DNA of 64,000 nucleotides from an uncultured Gammaproteobacteria bacterium (GCA_964459725.1 CAYWNT010000003.1:47592-111591); one strand, 5' to 3'; counted from the first letter of the stretch, positions 51,265-61,158 are shown. Program-made: numbers and translations. The notes: generated by a model from the letters alone, not told the origin.

Positions 51265-51398
51265 TTATTATTATTATTATTATTATTAACAAAATAACTA
51301 TACATCTTTTTTAAAAAAATGTAAAGGACTAAAAAGTGGCTACAAGATTATTCTCAATAAAAAACCCACGAATTTTTTTATCGTGGGTTATATTAATT

Positions 51399-52412
51399 TT
51401 AGTACTCGTGACACAGATCTGACAAGTAATCCGTAACATATGAATCAAGCCTAGGAAACCTTCTAAAGCCAATATTTATAGGAATAGATATTTTTGGTTT
51501 GATATCAAGTAAATCACCTATCAAAATTTTATTTTCGTTCATGCTGTCTATCGCTCTAAATAACTCAAGCGTCCAAGATGCACAAAACCTAGAAAGCTCA
51601 ACTTGATGTTTCTCAGAAATACTTGCCCATTTATTCAAAGGAGCAAATGGCATTATATATGGCATAGAATATGTAGCCCCTTCTTTTGAGTAAAATGGAT
51701 ACAATTCTTCTCCCATCTTTAATCCAAGCACTCTTCCACAATTAGGAATAAATGGAACAAAATCGTGATCTGGCATCCAATCAATCAAGTTGTCAAATTC
51801 CTCAACCACAATAAGTTCCCCATCAAACTGAGACTTAACCTTGTCTATGGCATTTGGAAATGAAAAACCAACGACTATTGCTTCAACATCTAAATTGTTT
51901 TCATTAAATTTTTCCAAGATATTTATCAAAGTTCTTCCACTAAATATACCATCTTCCATTAAAATCAATGGCTTTCTTGCGCTACCAAAAGTCTTGTTCT
52001 TGATATTAATGATTTGATCACTAATTGATGGCGTTCCTGGCCTTGGTCCAATACCAATCACATCACCTGCTTCATTAACTAACCTGTTAATATTAAGAAC
52101 AAATCCGTTTTCATCCATTGATTCATCCATTCTGCTGATTTCAGAACAAGTGCTTATAATATCAGCATTTTTAAGCAAAGCCTGTCTTTTAAACGTTTTA
52201 CTTACAATTTTTTCTGCCAACTCCCTTGTGTTTATGGCAACCACATTTGCTTCTGGGAATGAAAGCTCTACATACTTTAAAATCTCACTTTCCAAATCAT
52301 CAAATATTTTGTCATTTGGAGATGGTGTTTTTATTCCAAATCTGTTAAATACACCTACTTTTTCTCTCACATCAAATGTCAAAATATAAGTTCGTTTATG
52401 CTTTTTCTTCAT
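51399..52412 (-). CDS. Type I phosphoribosyltransferase-fold protein
   Basis: PRPP-binding loop LILMEDGIFSGRT. Confidence 0.7.
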   Translation of the reverse strand: MKKKHKRTYILTFDVREKVGVFNRFGIKTPSPNDKIFDDLESEILKYVELSFPEANVVAINTRELAEKIVSKTFKRQALLKNADIISTCSEISRMDESMDENGFVLNINRLVNEAGDVIGIGPRPGTPSISDQIINIKNKTFGSARKPLILMEDGIFSGRTLINILEKFNENNLDVEAIVVGFSFPNAIDKVKSQFDGELIVVEEFDNLIDWMPDHDFVPFIPNCGRVLGLKMGEELYPFYSKEGATYSMPYIMPFAPLNKWASISEKHQVELSRFCASWTLELFRAIDSMNENKILIGDLLDIKPKISIPINIGFRRFPRLDSYVTDYLSDLCHEY

Positions 52413-52440
52413 TGCACTTCCTCCTATATTAGCTAAAATT

Positions 52441-53760
52441 TTATTTAATAATTCTGGTTAAGGCATCATCAAATGACATGAGAGATTGTTCTCCTGTAAC
52501 CATGTCCTTCAAGGCCACCTTATTTTGGCTTCTTTCATCCTCACCAATAATAATTACATAAGGAATCCCTTTCCTGTTGGCATAGGATAATTTTTTTGAG
52601 AATTTATCATTTTCGACATATACTTCAGTTATGACACCAGCAGATCTTAACTGTGTAGCTACTTCAAATGGGGACTGGAGATTATCATCCAATGAAACAA
52701 CCAAAACTTTTGTCAAAGAAAGTTGTTCGGCTTTAATTATGCCAGCCTCTTTCAGCTGATAAAAAAGTCTTGTTAATCCAATTGAAATACCCACTCCAGG
52801 CAATTTATTGTTCGTATAACTTTCTGCCAAGTTGTCAAATCTGCCACCAGAACAAACTGATCCAATTTTAGGGTAGTCTGTTAACAATGTTTCATAAACA
52901 GTGCCCGTATAATAATCAAGTCCTCTAGCGATAGACAAATCAATAATAAAATTATTCTCAGGAACATTCAAATTACGAATATTCTGAATAACAACAGCAA
53001 GTTCCTCTACTCCTTCAGAGAATAACTTATTTTCAATTGACAGATTCTTCAAATCGCCAATAATAGAATCATTATCTCCTTTAATGCTCAAGAACTTCAG
53101 CAGGTCATCAACACCGTCATTTGAAACGCCAAGTTCAATCAGTTCTTTGGAGACCTCTTCTTCTCCGATTTTCTCGATTTTGTCAACAACTCGAAGAATT
53201 TCAGTAGAAGAAACTTCTGTGCTTAAATTCTGAAAAAATCCATTTAGAATTTTCCTATTATTAATCCTAATGAGAAAATTTTCAAATCCCAGAGATTTAA
53301 ATGTGAAATAAATCACACTTGGAATCTCGGCGTCATGGTGAAGACTCAAAGAACCGTTTCCAATGATATCAATATCACACTGATAAAATTCCCGAAAACG
53401 TCCTCTTTGTGCACGTTCTCCTCTGTGAACTTTGCCAATGTGGCAACGTCTAAAAGGAAAGGTTAATTCAGAATAATACTGACTTACATATCTCGCCAAA
53501 GGCACAGTTAAATCAAACCTTAAGGCAAGCTCATTTTTACCCTTTTTGAATCTGTAAAGTTGCTTTTCAGTTTCGCCGCCAACTTTCGCAAGTAACACCT
53601 CTGCTTTTTCAATGTCTGGTGTGTCAATCGGAGTAAAACCGAATAACTCATAACACTCCCGAATGGTACTCATCATCTTATTAAACAATAACTGATCAGC
53701 AGGAAGTAACTCCATAAATCCAGAAGGAATTGATGGTTGAACAATGTTGTTTTTCTTCAT
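52441..53760 (-). CDS. hisS: Histidine--tRNA ligase
   Basis: LRFDLTVPLARY, RGERAQRGRFREFYQCD, ARGLDYYTG, SGGRFD, anticodon-binding domain. Confidence 0.96.
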   Translation of the reverse strand: MKKNNIVQPSIPSGFMELLPADQLLFNKMMSTIRECYELFGFTPIDTPDIEKAEVLLAKVGGETEKQLYRFKKGKNELALRFDLTVPLARYVSQYYSELTFPFRRCHIGKVHRGERAQRGRFREFYQCDIDIIGNGSLSLHHDAEIPSVIYFTFKSLGFENFLIRINNRKILNGFFQNLSTEVSSTEILRVVDKIEKIGEEEVSKELIELGVSNDGVDDLLKFLSIKGDNDSIIGDLKNLSIENKLFSEGVEELAVVIQNIRNLNVPENNFIIDLSIARGLDYYTGTVYETLLTDYPKIGSVCSGGRFDNLAESYTNNKLPGVGISIGLTRLFYQLKEAGIIKAEQLSLTKVLVVSLDDNLQSPFEVATQLRSAGVITEVYVENDKFSKKLSYANRKGIPYVIIIGEDERSQNKVALKDMVTGEQSLMSFDDALTRIIK

Positions 53761-54087
53761 AATCCTATCTCCTATTTAGATGGTTAATATTTATGCAATA
53801 TGATTATTATAACAAAATAATAATTTTAAGCAATAATTTCAAAGAACTACTAAATCCGTACACCTTAGCATAAAATTTAATAGTTGTCAATAGCAAAAAC
53901 CCGCATATAAAGACTCTTTATGTCTCCATAACAAAAACACATAAACATACTAAAAAATGCCTAAAATTAGGCATTTTTATTTTCTCAATCTAAGAGCTAC
54001 TCTATTTATAGTTCATCGCTATTTGACCACTTCTAAAACTACATCACACTTAATTAAAATCCATATACTGATAATATACAACTGTTA

Positions 54088-55170
54088 TTATTTCCCAGAT
54101 TTCCTTCTGTTGCACTCTTTGCATAACATTTGGCAATTTTTTTCAATTGATTTCCCTCCCTCGTGCCAAGGTGTTATGTGATCAGCTTCCATTCTTTCTA
54201 TCTCAAATTTTTCCTTACATGCTTTACAAATACCTTTTTGCTTCTCGTAAACCTTTTGCTTAACTGCATCAGTAAATGCACGAATAGAAAGATATTTTTC
54301 ATTACGGGTTAAAATGTATGGATAGATACCGCTCTTTTTTGTGACATCATCATCAAGTATTAACCTTTCTGTTTCTTCTTCAATTTCCTTTGTATTATAT
54401 TTCTCATCTTTATATGCATTATAAAGAATACCCCAATCAACACCTTTCATAAACTTTCTTTTTTTGATAAAAGTCGTATTTACCCAAGTCATTACATCTT
54501 GAAAATATCGCCATAAAGCTCCCGCATTTTGGTCGTGCTGATGGTCGGACATATATTCTTCTATTTTGTTATTAGAAATCCATTTAATCGCTGTTTCAAG
54601 ATAATCTTGACGAATTGGCGAGCCATTTAGATAATCACCTCCTGTCTGATAGGCAACGCAACCATTTTTACTAAAATATCGTTTTGCATCAGTAACCCAA
54701 GTTCCAGAATAAACAGCGTTTCGGAGTTCTTGTTCTGTTAATTTTTCACCCGCAATATTTATTGTTTTAAACCAATCTAATTTTTCACTATCTGTTCCGC
54801 TACACTGATAAACAGTGAGTTTATAATCCAAAATCTGTTCTCGTTTATCCTTTGGCAAATTATGAAAAGCCATGCCGTTGATTGAAAAATCTCCTTCGGC
54901 ATATTGGCAAATTGAAATGGTACGTTGTTGACCATCAATAATTTCAAAATTCCCATCTTCACGAACAGCCCAATACATCACATTAAGAGGAAATTTTTTT
55001 GTAATAGTATCAATAACCGCATCCCTTTGTTTGTCTTTGTAAATAAATTCTCTTTGGTAAGGAGGGCGAATATCAAGCTTACCACCATATCCAACAACAC
55101 CATCCTCAGCATTGTCTTTAAAATCCTTTATCAATTCACAAATAGTTATTTCTTTTAATTGTATTTTCAT
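54088..55170 (-). CDS. DUF262 (ParB-like/GmrS) plus C-terminal HNH endonuclease
   Basis: PPYQR, IIDGQQRT, F..IN..G..L; C..C...ADHI.PW..GG....NCQMLC..CN. Confidence 0.88.
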   Translation of the reverse strand: MKIQLKEITICELIKDFKDNAEDGVVGYGGKLDIRPPYQREFIYKDKQRDAVIDTITKKFPLNVMYWAVREDGNFEIIDGQQRTISICQYAEGDFSINGMAFHNLPKDKREQILDYKLTVYQCSGTDSEKLDWFKTINIAGEKLTEQELRNAVYSGTWVTDAKRYFSKNGCVAYQTGGDYLNGSPIRQDYLETAIKWISNNKIEEYMSDHQHDQNAGALWRYFQDVMTWVNTTFIKKRKFMKGVDWGILYNAYKDEKYNTKEIEEETERLILDDDVTKKSGIYPYILTRNEKYLSIRAFTDAVKQKVYEKQKGICKACKEKFEIERMEADHITPWHEGGKSIEKNCQMLCKECNRRKSGK

Positions 55171-55189
55171 AATAAAATCTATTAAAAAA

Positions 55190-56266
55190 CTAAAGTTTTT
55201 TATTTTTAATAAGTATTCTTTTATATATAAACTTACCAGCTACCATTGGTGCTCCCCCTTTATCGGCAAATCCTTTTATGTGATATCGATTTCCTTCATT
55301 TGCAATGTTTGCATCGGCCCTACCAACAATTTCAAACTGCTCAGGATTATGTTTATCCATAAATGTAATTGGAACACCCATTACGCCCTTATAATCAATT
55401 GGAATTTCTGCAACCTTATTCACATTTATAGCCTTGTAATTATCGTATTTCGGATATTCATCCTCGTTTCCCTTATACATTTTATAAAGAACGATATCTT
55501 CGTTGTGCTTTTCTACCTCAAGATTTGTGAACCAACATGAAGTAGAAACACGAGCTATTTTATTTCCATCGTCATCAATATGATGATATTTTTCCCAGTT
55601 ATCTGGGACAACAAAAAACATTCCAACATTAAAATTTGTATATCCCGTTCTAAACCTGTTTTTTTCGATTAATTTAAAAATTTCTTTGTAGGTTATTGCA
55701 TTTGTATTTCCTATTATTAGAAATTTTTTATTATATTCTTCTAGTTGCTCGACAAATTTACGGAACAAAGAAAATGGTGGGTTGGTTACGACAATATCCG
55801 ATTCTTTTAAAATTTTCACAGATTCCTCACTCCTAAAATCACCATCTCCTTTAAGCGGGGTTGCAACATTTTTATCATGCTTCAAAAGCCATTCAACATC
55901 CGCCATACTTACAGCACCATCATTATCAAGATCTTTAACTTCATTTATTTCAATTTTCATTGGCTCTTTTTTCTTTGCTGTTTTTAATCCTTCTACTTCG
56001 AGCAAGGAAAGTTGTCCCCCAACAACGGGCGACCCCGCATAGCTTGTGGCAATAAGTTTTTTAAGACCAAGTACATTGAAACTAGAAGCAAAATATTTAA
56101 AAAAGCTACTTTCAAACGGATCATCCGCATTGCAATAAACAGTTTTATTTTTAAATTGTTTTTTGTAATATTTTAACTCTTTTTCTATATCAGAAAGCTG
56201 AGTATAAAACTCATCCTTCTTTGCTTTATTTGCTTGTCTTAAGTTTTTATTGGAAAATTTAGGCAT
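55190..56266 (-). CDS. Adenine-specific DNA methyltransferase, EcoRI family
   Basis: K.DEFYT, CNADDP, GDFRS.E, DIVVTNPPFSLFR, GVPITF. Confidence 0.9.
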   Translation of the reverse strand: MPKFSNKNLRQANKAKKDEFYTQLSDIEKELKYYKKQFKNKTVYCNADDPFESSFFKYFASSFNVLGLKKLIATSYAGSPVVGGQLSLLEVEGLKTAKKKEPMKIEINEVKDLDNDGAVSMADVEWLLKHDKNVATPLKGDGDFRSEESVKILKESDIVVTNPPFSLFRKFVEQLEEYNKKFLIIGNTNAITYKEIFKLIEKNRFRTGYTNFNVGMFFVVPDNWEKYHHIDDDGNKIARVSTSCWFTNLEVEKHNEDIVLYKMYKGNEDEYPKYDNYKAINVNKVAEIPIDYKGVMGVPITFMDKHNPEQFEIVGRADANIANEGNRYHIKGFADKGGAPMVAGKFIYKRILIKNKKL

Positions 56267-56308
56267 AGTTCAACACTTCTACACCGACTGTTTGTGTTTT
56301 TGGGTATC

Positions 56309-56449
56309 AAAAAAGGACAGCCGAGGTGTTGAACCACAATAGTTCATCCCGAGGGAATCCCTAATCGTAGAACTCGACTGCCCATTCCAGCCTACGATTA
56401 GGCAAAAAATGGGCAGTTTCCGCTCAGGATATTCTATTGTGGTTCAACA
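56309..56449 (-). ncRNA. Structured leader RNA (copy A) upstream of the MTase
   Basis: 16-bp P1 (56449-56434 with 56342-56327), 11-bp inner stem, loop GGGCAGTCGAG complementary to tail CTCGGCTGTCC, then U6; promoter TTGATT-17-TAAATT just upstream. Confidence 0.7.
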
Positions 56450-56583
56450 TTTTTAATTTACCACTAAAATAATAAAAAATCAACCTTGCTACCCAGTGCT
56501 ACTCACTATATTTCAGCTTGATTTTTCGCCAAAATTAAAGTAAGATATAGGCAATATTACTATTATAATTAGATGACATTATT

Positions 56584-57741
56584 ATGAAAATTGAGCTTAT
56601 TATTGAACAATTAAAAGATTATTTCAATTCTCCAAAAACCAATTTTGAAAATTGGGATTTCTATATTAATCTATCTGAATATGTTGAATTTATTAATAAT
56701 ACGCCAGAATTAAAAGCAGAAGTAAAAAAACTTGAGAAAGAAAGAGATGAGTGTTACAAGAAATATTATCAACTAAGGAATAAATCCTGGGAAGAAATAA
56801 AAAAATCAGGAAATCAATTATTAACAATATTAGATGCAAATAAAATATCAAAGATAAAAGATAATGAGTTAATAGACGAAATAAAAGAATTAAAAGGCTT
56901 TGTTGCTGGGACGGTTTTATACGGTGAAAAAAAGCCAGTCAGTATTATAAATCGTTTACTTGACGATATAGCTGTGCATCTTGCAAATGATAAAAAAGGA
57001 AAGCTAGTTGAAAAATTTATTAATTCCAAAAACCCATCTCGATTTATATTTTCAAAAACTCTGCCTTTATTTTGTGAAATGGAACGTGATATTGAAGATA
57101 ATTTAGAAAATGAAAAATGGCATTATTGGTATATGTTGAAAGATATACCAGACATCATTAAATTGCCTCTTAACAAAAGTATTTCTATTTCTAACAAATA
57201 TAGCAATCTACCCTATGAAGAATATAAGTATTATTTTTTGTTTTTTGAAATCAAAAGAGATTTTAAAAAAAATCAAGGAAAAATTAATCAATATATGAAG
57301 CAAGATATTCTTAAATATAAAAATTATTTTCAAAGTATAAATAATTATTTGATAAAACAGCTGTTCAACCAAATAAAAGAACAAGACAAAAAATATAATT
57401 TTGAGTTCCGCGAAAATTATCTTTACTATAATGAACGAAAAGGAGATAAAAAATTTCTTGATGAAGAACAACATGCACACACACTCAGATTTATTATTGT
57501 TAACCGAGAAAAACCTTTGATTTTATATAATGATATTAAAAATTATCTACATGATTCAAAAATAAAATTAAAATTGAAAAAATCGTTTACTGAAAGCGAC
57601 AATCAATATAATATAAACAGAGCTATTGTGCGCCATTGCGACACGATAGAAAAATATATTAAAAAAGATTTTCCAGAACTAGAAAATAATAAAATTTTTG
57701 AACAGATACCGAATCAAGGAATTGAATTTTTGTTAGACTGA
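56584..57741 (+). CDS. Hypothetical protein (very AT-rich, possible C-terminal winged helix)
   Basis: 385-aa ORF followed by terminator AATAGCCA-ttcg-TGGCTATT. Confidence 0.6.
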   Translation: MKIELIIEQLKDYFNSPKTNFENWDFYINLSEYVEFINNTPELKAEVKKLEKERDECYKKYYQLRNKSWEEIKKSGNQLLTILDANKISKIKDNELIDEIKELKGFVAGTVLYGEKKPVSIINRLLDDIAVHLANDKKGKLVEKFINSKNPSRFIFSKTLPLFCEMERDIEDNLENEKWHYWYMLKDIPDIIKLPLNKSISISNKYSNLPYEEYKYYFLFFEIKRDFKKNQGKINQYMKQDILKYKNYFQSINNYLIKQLFNQIKEQDKKYNFEFRENYLYYNERKGDKKFLDEEQHAHTLRFIIVNREKPLILYNDIKNYLHDSKIKLKLKKSFTESDNQYNINRAIVRHCDTIEKYIKKDFPELENNKIFEQIPNQGIEFLLD

Positions 57742-57907
57742 TTTTTTTTAAAATAATTTTCGTCTGTTAATAGCCATTCGTGGCTATTTTTTTATTTTAA
57801 AATAAGTTAAAAATATTTTACAACCGCTAATTATCGCTAATGTGACATTGTGAAATAATTATAATAGATGTTCGAACAAACAAATTAATAAACTAATAAA
57901 AATTACT

Positions 57908-58159
57908 ATGACAAAAATATTAAATGAAAGAGATTTTTTCAAAACAGCCGATCTGAGCCTAGCATCCAGCCTTCGTTATTATGGCTATATAGTCGAGGCT
58001 ATTGATAGGCAAAACCCTAAAAAAGTAGAATTTTTATTCATTCGTGATAATGACTTAGATAAGATAATCCATCAATTTTGGTCACGTTTGCTAACTGTCG
58101 AACCAGTTGCTTATTTCGGTTTCATTAAGGAATTAAAAAATAGATTATACTCAGAATAA
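57908..58159 (+). CDS. DUF5659-like small protein of CPR integrative elements
   Basis: F.T.DL.LAS.L...G....AIDR.NP.K..F.F....L.KNRLY. Confidence 0.65.
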   Translation: MTKILNERDFFKTADLSLASSLRYYGYIVEAIDRQNPKKVEFLFIRDNDLDKIIHQFWSRLLTVEPVAYFGFIKELKNRLYSE

Positions 58160-58161
58160 AT

Positions 58162-58323
58162 ATGAACCTTTCAGATCGGCAAATTACCAAATTTCAAGAA
58201 TTATATTATAACCGCTTTGGTGAAAAAATAAACCGAGAAGTGGCTCTTGAGCAAGGGATAAAACTTGTACGGTTAATGGAGTTGGTATTTAAACCTGCAA
58301 ATGATTCTGAAATTAAGGAATAA
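58162..58323 (+). CDS. 53-aa small protein
   Basis: MNLSDRQITKFQELYYNRFGEKINREVALEQGIKLVRLMELVFKPANDSEIKE*, tightly packed in the operon; not in the ORF track. Confidence 0.65.
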   Translation: MNLSDRQITKFQELYYNRFGEKINREVALEQGIKLVRLMELVFKPANDSEIKE

Positions 58324-58348
58324 TATCAAATAAATTACAATTAATATT

Positions 58349-59809
58349 ATGAACAATAACATTGAAAAATTACCGCCACAAAATATTGAAGCCGAACAAT
58401 CATTGCTCGGAAGTTTAATAATGGATAATAACGCAATAAGCAAAATCGGTGAATTATCAGAAAAAGACTTTTATAATGATAATCACAAAAAAATATTCTC
58501 TTGCATGAAAGAAATGAGCGATTGCGATATTATTAGTTTAACGGATAGATTGATGGAAAAAGATCTATTATCGAAAATTGGCGGGCGGGCGTATTTAGCT
58601 AAATTAACTAATTGCGTTATAACATCCACTAATGTAAGCAAACACGCTGAAATTATCCGAAAAAAGGCTATATTAAGACGATTAAACCATGTTGCTAACG
58701 AAATCAACGATCTAAGCTACAAAGAAGACGAGAATATAGACAAACTTCTAGATCAGGCTGAAAAAAAATTAAATAGGATTACTAATTCTTACACTGTAAA
58801 AAAAGCTCATTTCAAAATAGTTAAAGGCGATGAATTAATTGACATGAAAGAGCTTAAAACTCCTTACATTGTCGACAAGCTAATTCCTGAAGGAGCTATC
58901 ACTGCTATCACTGCCGATAGCGGACGTGGCAAATCATTGATAACATTAATACTCGCCTATCATATAGCTGGTGGTAAAAAATTGTTTGATATATTCGAAG
59001 TTAAACAAAATAGAGTATTAATCATCGATCAAGAGATGGATAACGATGTTATTTTGGGCAGATATAAGGCAGTAGTAAAAGAAAAAAATATTCCTATTGA
59101 TTTTATATATAACCAATTCTTGCAAATTGACTACGATAAAGATTATAAGTGGTTGATAAAAACTATTAAGGAGAAAGGATATAAAGTAGTGGTGTTTGAT
59201 ACATTAACCAACCTGCACTCTAAAAGCGAAAACTCCGCCGATGAAATGAAAGAAGTAAACAAGAAACTATTAAACTTAATTCATGAAACAGGCGTTTCAA
59301 TTATTTATCTACATCATCACAAGAAAAGACAACAAGGTGAAAATTTCAGTCAATCATCTTCAAGAGGAAGCACGGAAATAATTGCCAAGGTTGCCTCTCA
59401 TATTTTAATAGACAGTAAACACTGGATAGAGGATGAAATTACACATCTTAAATTAACTCTACAACAAGAAAAAGCTAGACGACCTGACAGGATAAGCAAA
59501 ATCGGCGTAAAAGTATTTTATGATCCATACTTAAAAGAGACTCATTGGGAGTATTTAGGAGAAATCAATGACAAAGAACAAAAAGCAGAAGAAGCAAAAA
59601 AGTTTATTCTTAACACCCTAGAATCAACCACATGGCTATCAATAGCTGAATTTAAAGAAAAAATGAACGATGGTAATTTAAAAATTGGAGAAAATAACTT
59701 AAGAGATGCTTGCCGAGATTTAGTCAAAGAAAAGAAAATCATAGAAGAATTAGGAAAAAACATCGAAAAAGAACAAAAACGAGCTAAATACTATAATTTA
59801 AATGAATAA
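58349..59809 (+). CDS. DnaB-N domain plus RepA-like (AAA_25) SF4 helicase
   Basis: PPQNIEAEQSLLG, Walker A ADSGRGKS, IDQE, FDT, LHH, RGS. Confidence 0.85.
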   Translation: MNNNIEKLPPQNIEAEQSLLGSLIMDNNAISKIGELSEKDFYNDNHKKIFSCMKEMSDCDIISLTDRLMEKDLLSKIGGRAYLAKLTNCVITSTNVSKHAEIIRKKAILRRLNHVANEINDLSYKEDENIDKLLDQAEKKLNRITNSYTVKKAHFKIVKGDELIDMKELKTPYIVDKLIPEGAITAITADSGRGKSLITLILAYHIAGGKKLFDIFEVKQNRVLIIDQEMDNDVILGRYKAVVKEKNIPIDFIYNQFLQIDYDKDYKWLIKTIKEKGYKVVVFDTLTNLHSKSENSADEMKEVNKKLLNLIHETGVSIIYLHHHKKRQQGENFSQSSSRGSTEIIAKVASHILIDSKHWIEDEITHLKLTLQQEKARRPDRISKIGVKVFYDPYLKETHWEYLGEINDKEQKAEEAKKFILNTLESTTWLSIAEFKEKMNDGNLKIGENNLRDACRDLVKEKKIIEELGKNIEKEQKRAKYYNLNE

Positions 59810-59887
59810 AATTATCTTATTACTTGTTAATACTATATATAGTTTAATAATTAACAAGATAAATGGGTATACCCCATAAGTTAACTT

Positions 59888-60265
59888 ATGAAGTGTAAAT
59901 ATATCAAATCAAACAAAAAACGGTGTGATTCTAATGCGTTAAACGGAGATAAATACTGTTTTTGGCATTCAGACAATATAAATGATGCTGAAAAACAAAA
60001 AGCCAGAATAACTGGTGGTAAATCAAATATATCAAAAATAACCAACCCTCTCCCTCCTATGGAGATAAACGAGCCTGATGATGTTGTGAATTTACTAGCT
60101 GACACAATCGAGCGTGTACGAAATGGAGAAATGGACGTAAAAATTGCAAACTGCCTTGGCTTTCTTTCAAGTCATCTCATTAAAGCACTAGAACTGTCGA
60201 ATTTAAAAAATAAGGTCGAGGCAATAGAAAAAGTGTTTTATGAAAGAAAAATAAATATTAGATAA
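59888..60265 (+). CDS. Cys/His zinc-finger protein (HGGxSTG/small-terminase-like)
   Basis: C.....K.C...A.....C.WH ... AR..GG. Confidence 0.55.
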   Translation: MKCKYIKSNKKRCDSNALNGDKYCFWHSDNINDAEKQKARITGGKSNISKITNPLPPMEINEPDDVVNLLADTIERVRNGEMDVKIANCLGFLSSHLIKALELSNLKNKVEAIEKVFYERKINIR

Positions 60266-60267
60266 AT

Positions 60268-61158
60268 ATGAAAATTGATATTAAAAAACTATCAAAAGGA
60301 TCAAGTGCTCAAGATAAAGCAAGACTATTGTTTGCCAACCGTAATTTGCGAGGAGATACTGAACGCAAAGAAAACCTAATAGCACCCTCCGAAGAAGAGG
60401 CTATAATTGAAGATGCTCGAAAAAATAACCAAATAGCCGAGATAAATAAATACAACCAGCTATATAATTTGAATATATTTTCAATGCTTGATTTACAAGC
60501 TACGTTTTCTAATTTTCAGCTTGCAAAAAGTAGATTAGATATAGTTATTGTTGGATCAATGGTTAAAGGCGAAATGGATGATATAATTGGAGAAATATTC
60601 TACCATCTTGAAAATCAAAAAAAGAAAGAAGGTAAAAGTGATAATGAAGTAAATGCGTATTTTAATAAATTGGAACAAATAGAAAAGAAATACAAAAATA
60701 AATCACTAATTCAATCTTTTGATCATTTTGACCCGCCATTGATTAATCCAGATGAAGACAGAGAAAAATATAAAAAAACGATACAGCCAAATAAGTATAT
60801 TCAAATTAGATTTATGGATGTAGTGGATAGTATTAAAGATTATGAGAAACAGCTATATCTTGTTGACTATTTTAACAGGCAAGCAGGATTTAACTTATTA
60901 AGCGACAAACAAATAAAATCAATTGAAAGATATAAAGTTGAGATAGATGAATTTATCAATCTAAGAGGTGTAGAATTATCATTAAACATATATAAAAAAT
61001 TTGCCGAAAAAAAACTAATGCGAACTACCGATTTGCACAAACCATTGTTTCTTAAGACACTTAACAACCTCAAACAAGCCATCGAGCTAACTAATGACGA
61101 AATAAAATCCGTCGAACTTGAAGCCAAGGAATATATTAATCGAGAAATTCCTTTTTAA
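60268..61158 (+). CDS. Hypothetical helical protein
   Basis: 296-aa ORF in the operon, 2 nt after the previous stop. Confidence 0.65.
   Translation: MKIDIKKLSKGSSAQDKARLLFANRNLRGDTERKENLIAPSEEEAIIEDARKNNQIAEINKYNQLYNLNIFSMLDLQATFSNFQLAKSRLDIVIVGSMVKGEMDDIIGEIFYHLENQKKKEGKSDNEVNAYFNKLEQIEKKYKNKSLIQSFDHFDPPLINPDEDREKYKKTIQPNKYIQIRFMDVVDSIKDYEKQLYLVDYFNRQAGFNLLSDKQIKSIERYKVEIDEFINLRGVELSLNIYKKFAEKKLMRTTDLHKPLFLKTLNNLKQAIELTNDEIKSVELEAKEYINREIPF

Noticed and set aside
51264-51288. (TTA)n microsatellite at the SLOG start as a phase-variation switch
   Set aside because: Non-coding trinucleotide run in AT-rich context, with no evidence of functional length variation
51399-53760. HisZ/HisG pair for histidine biosynthesis
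   Set aside because: The synthetase has intact catalytic motifs and an anticodon-binding domain (true HisS), and the neighbour has a type I PRPP loop, unlike HisG
56400-56430. Hammerhead ribozyme suggested by CTGAGCGGAAAC
   Set aside because: The CUGANGA core is incomplete, no stem II is present, and these bases pair within the long hairpin
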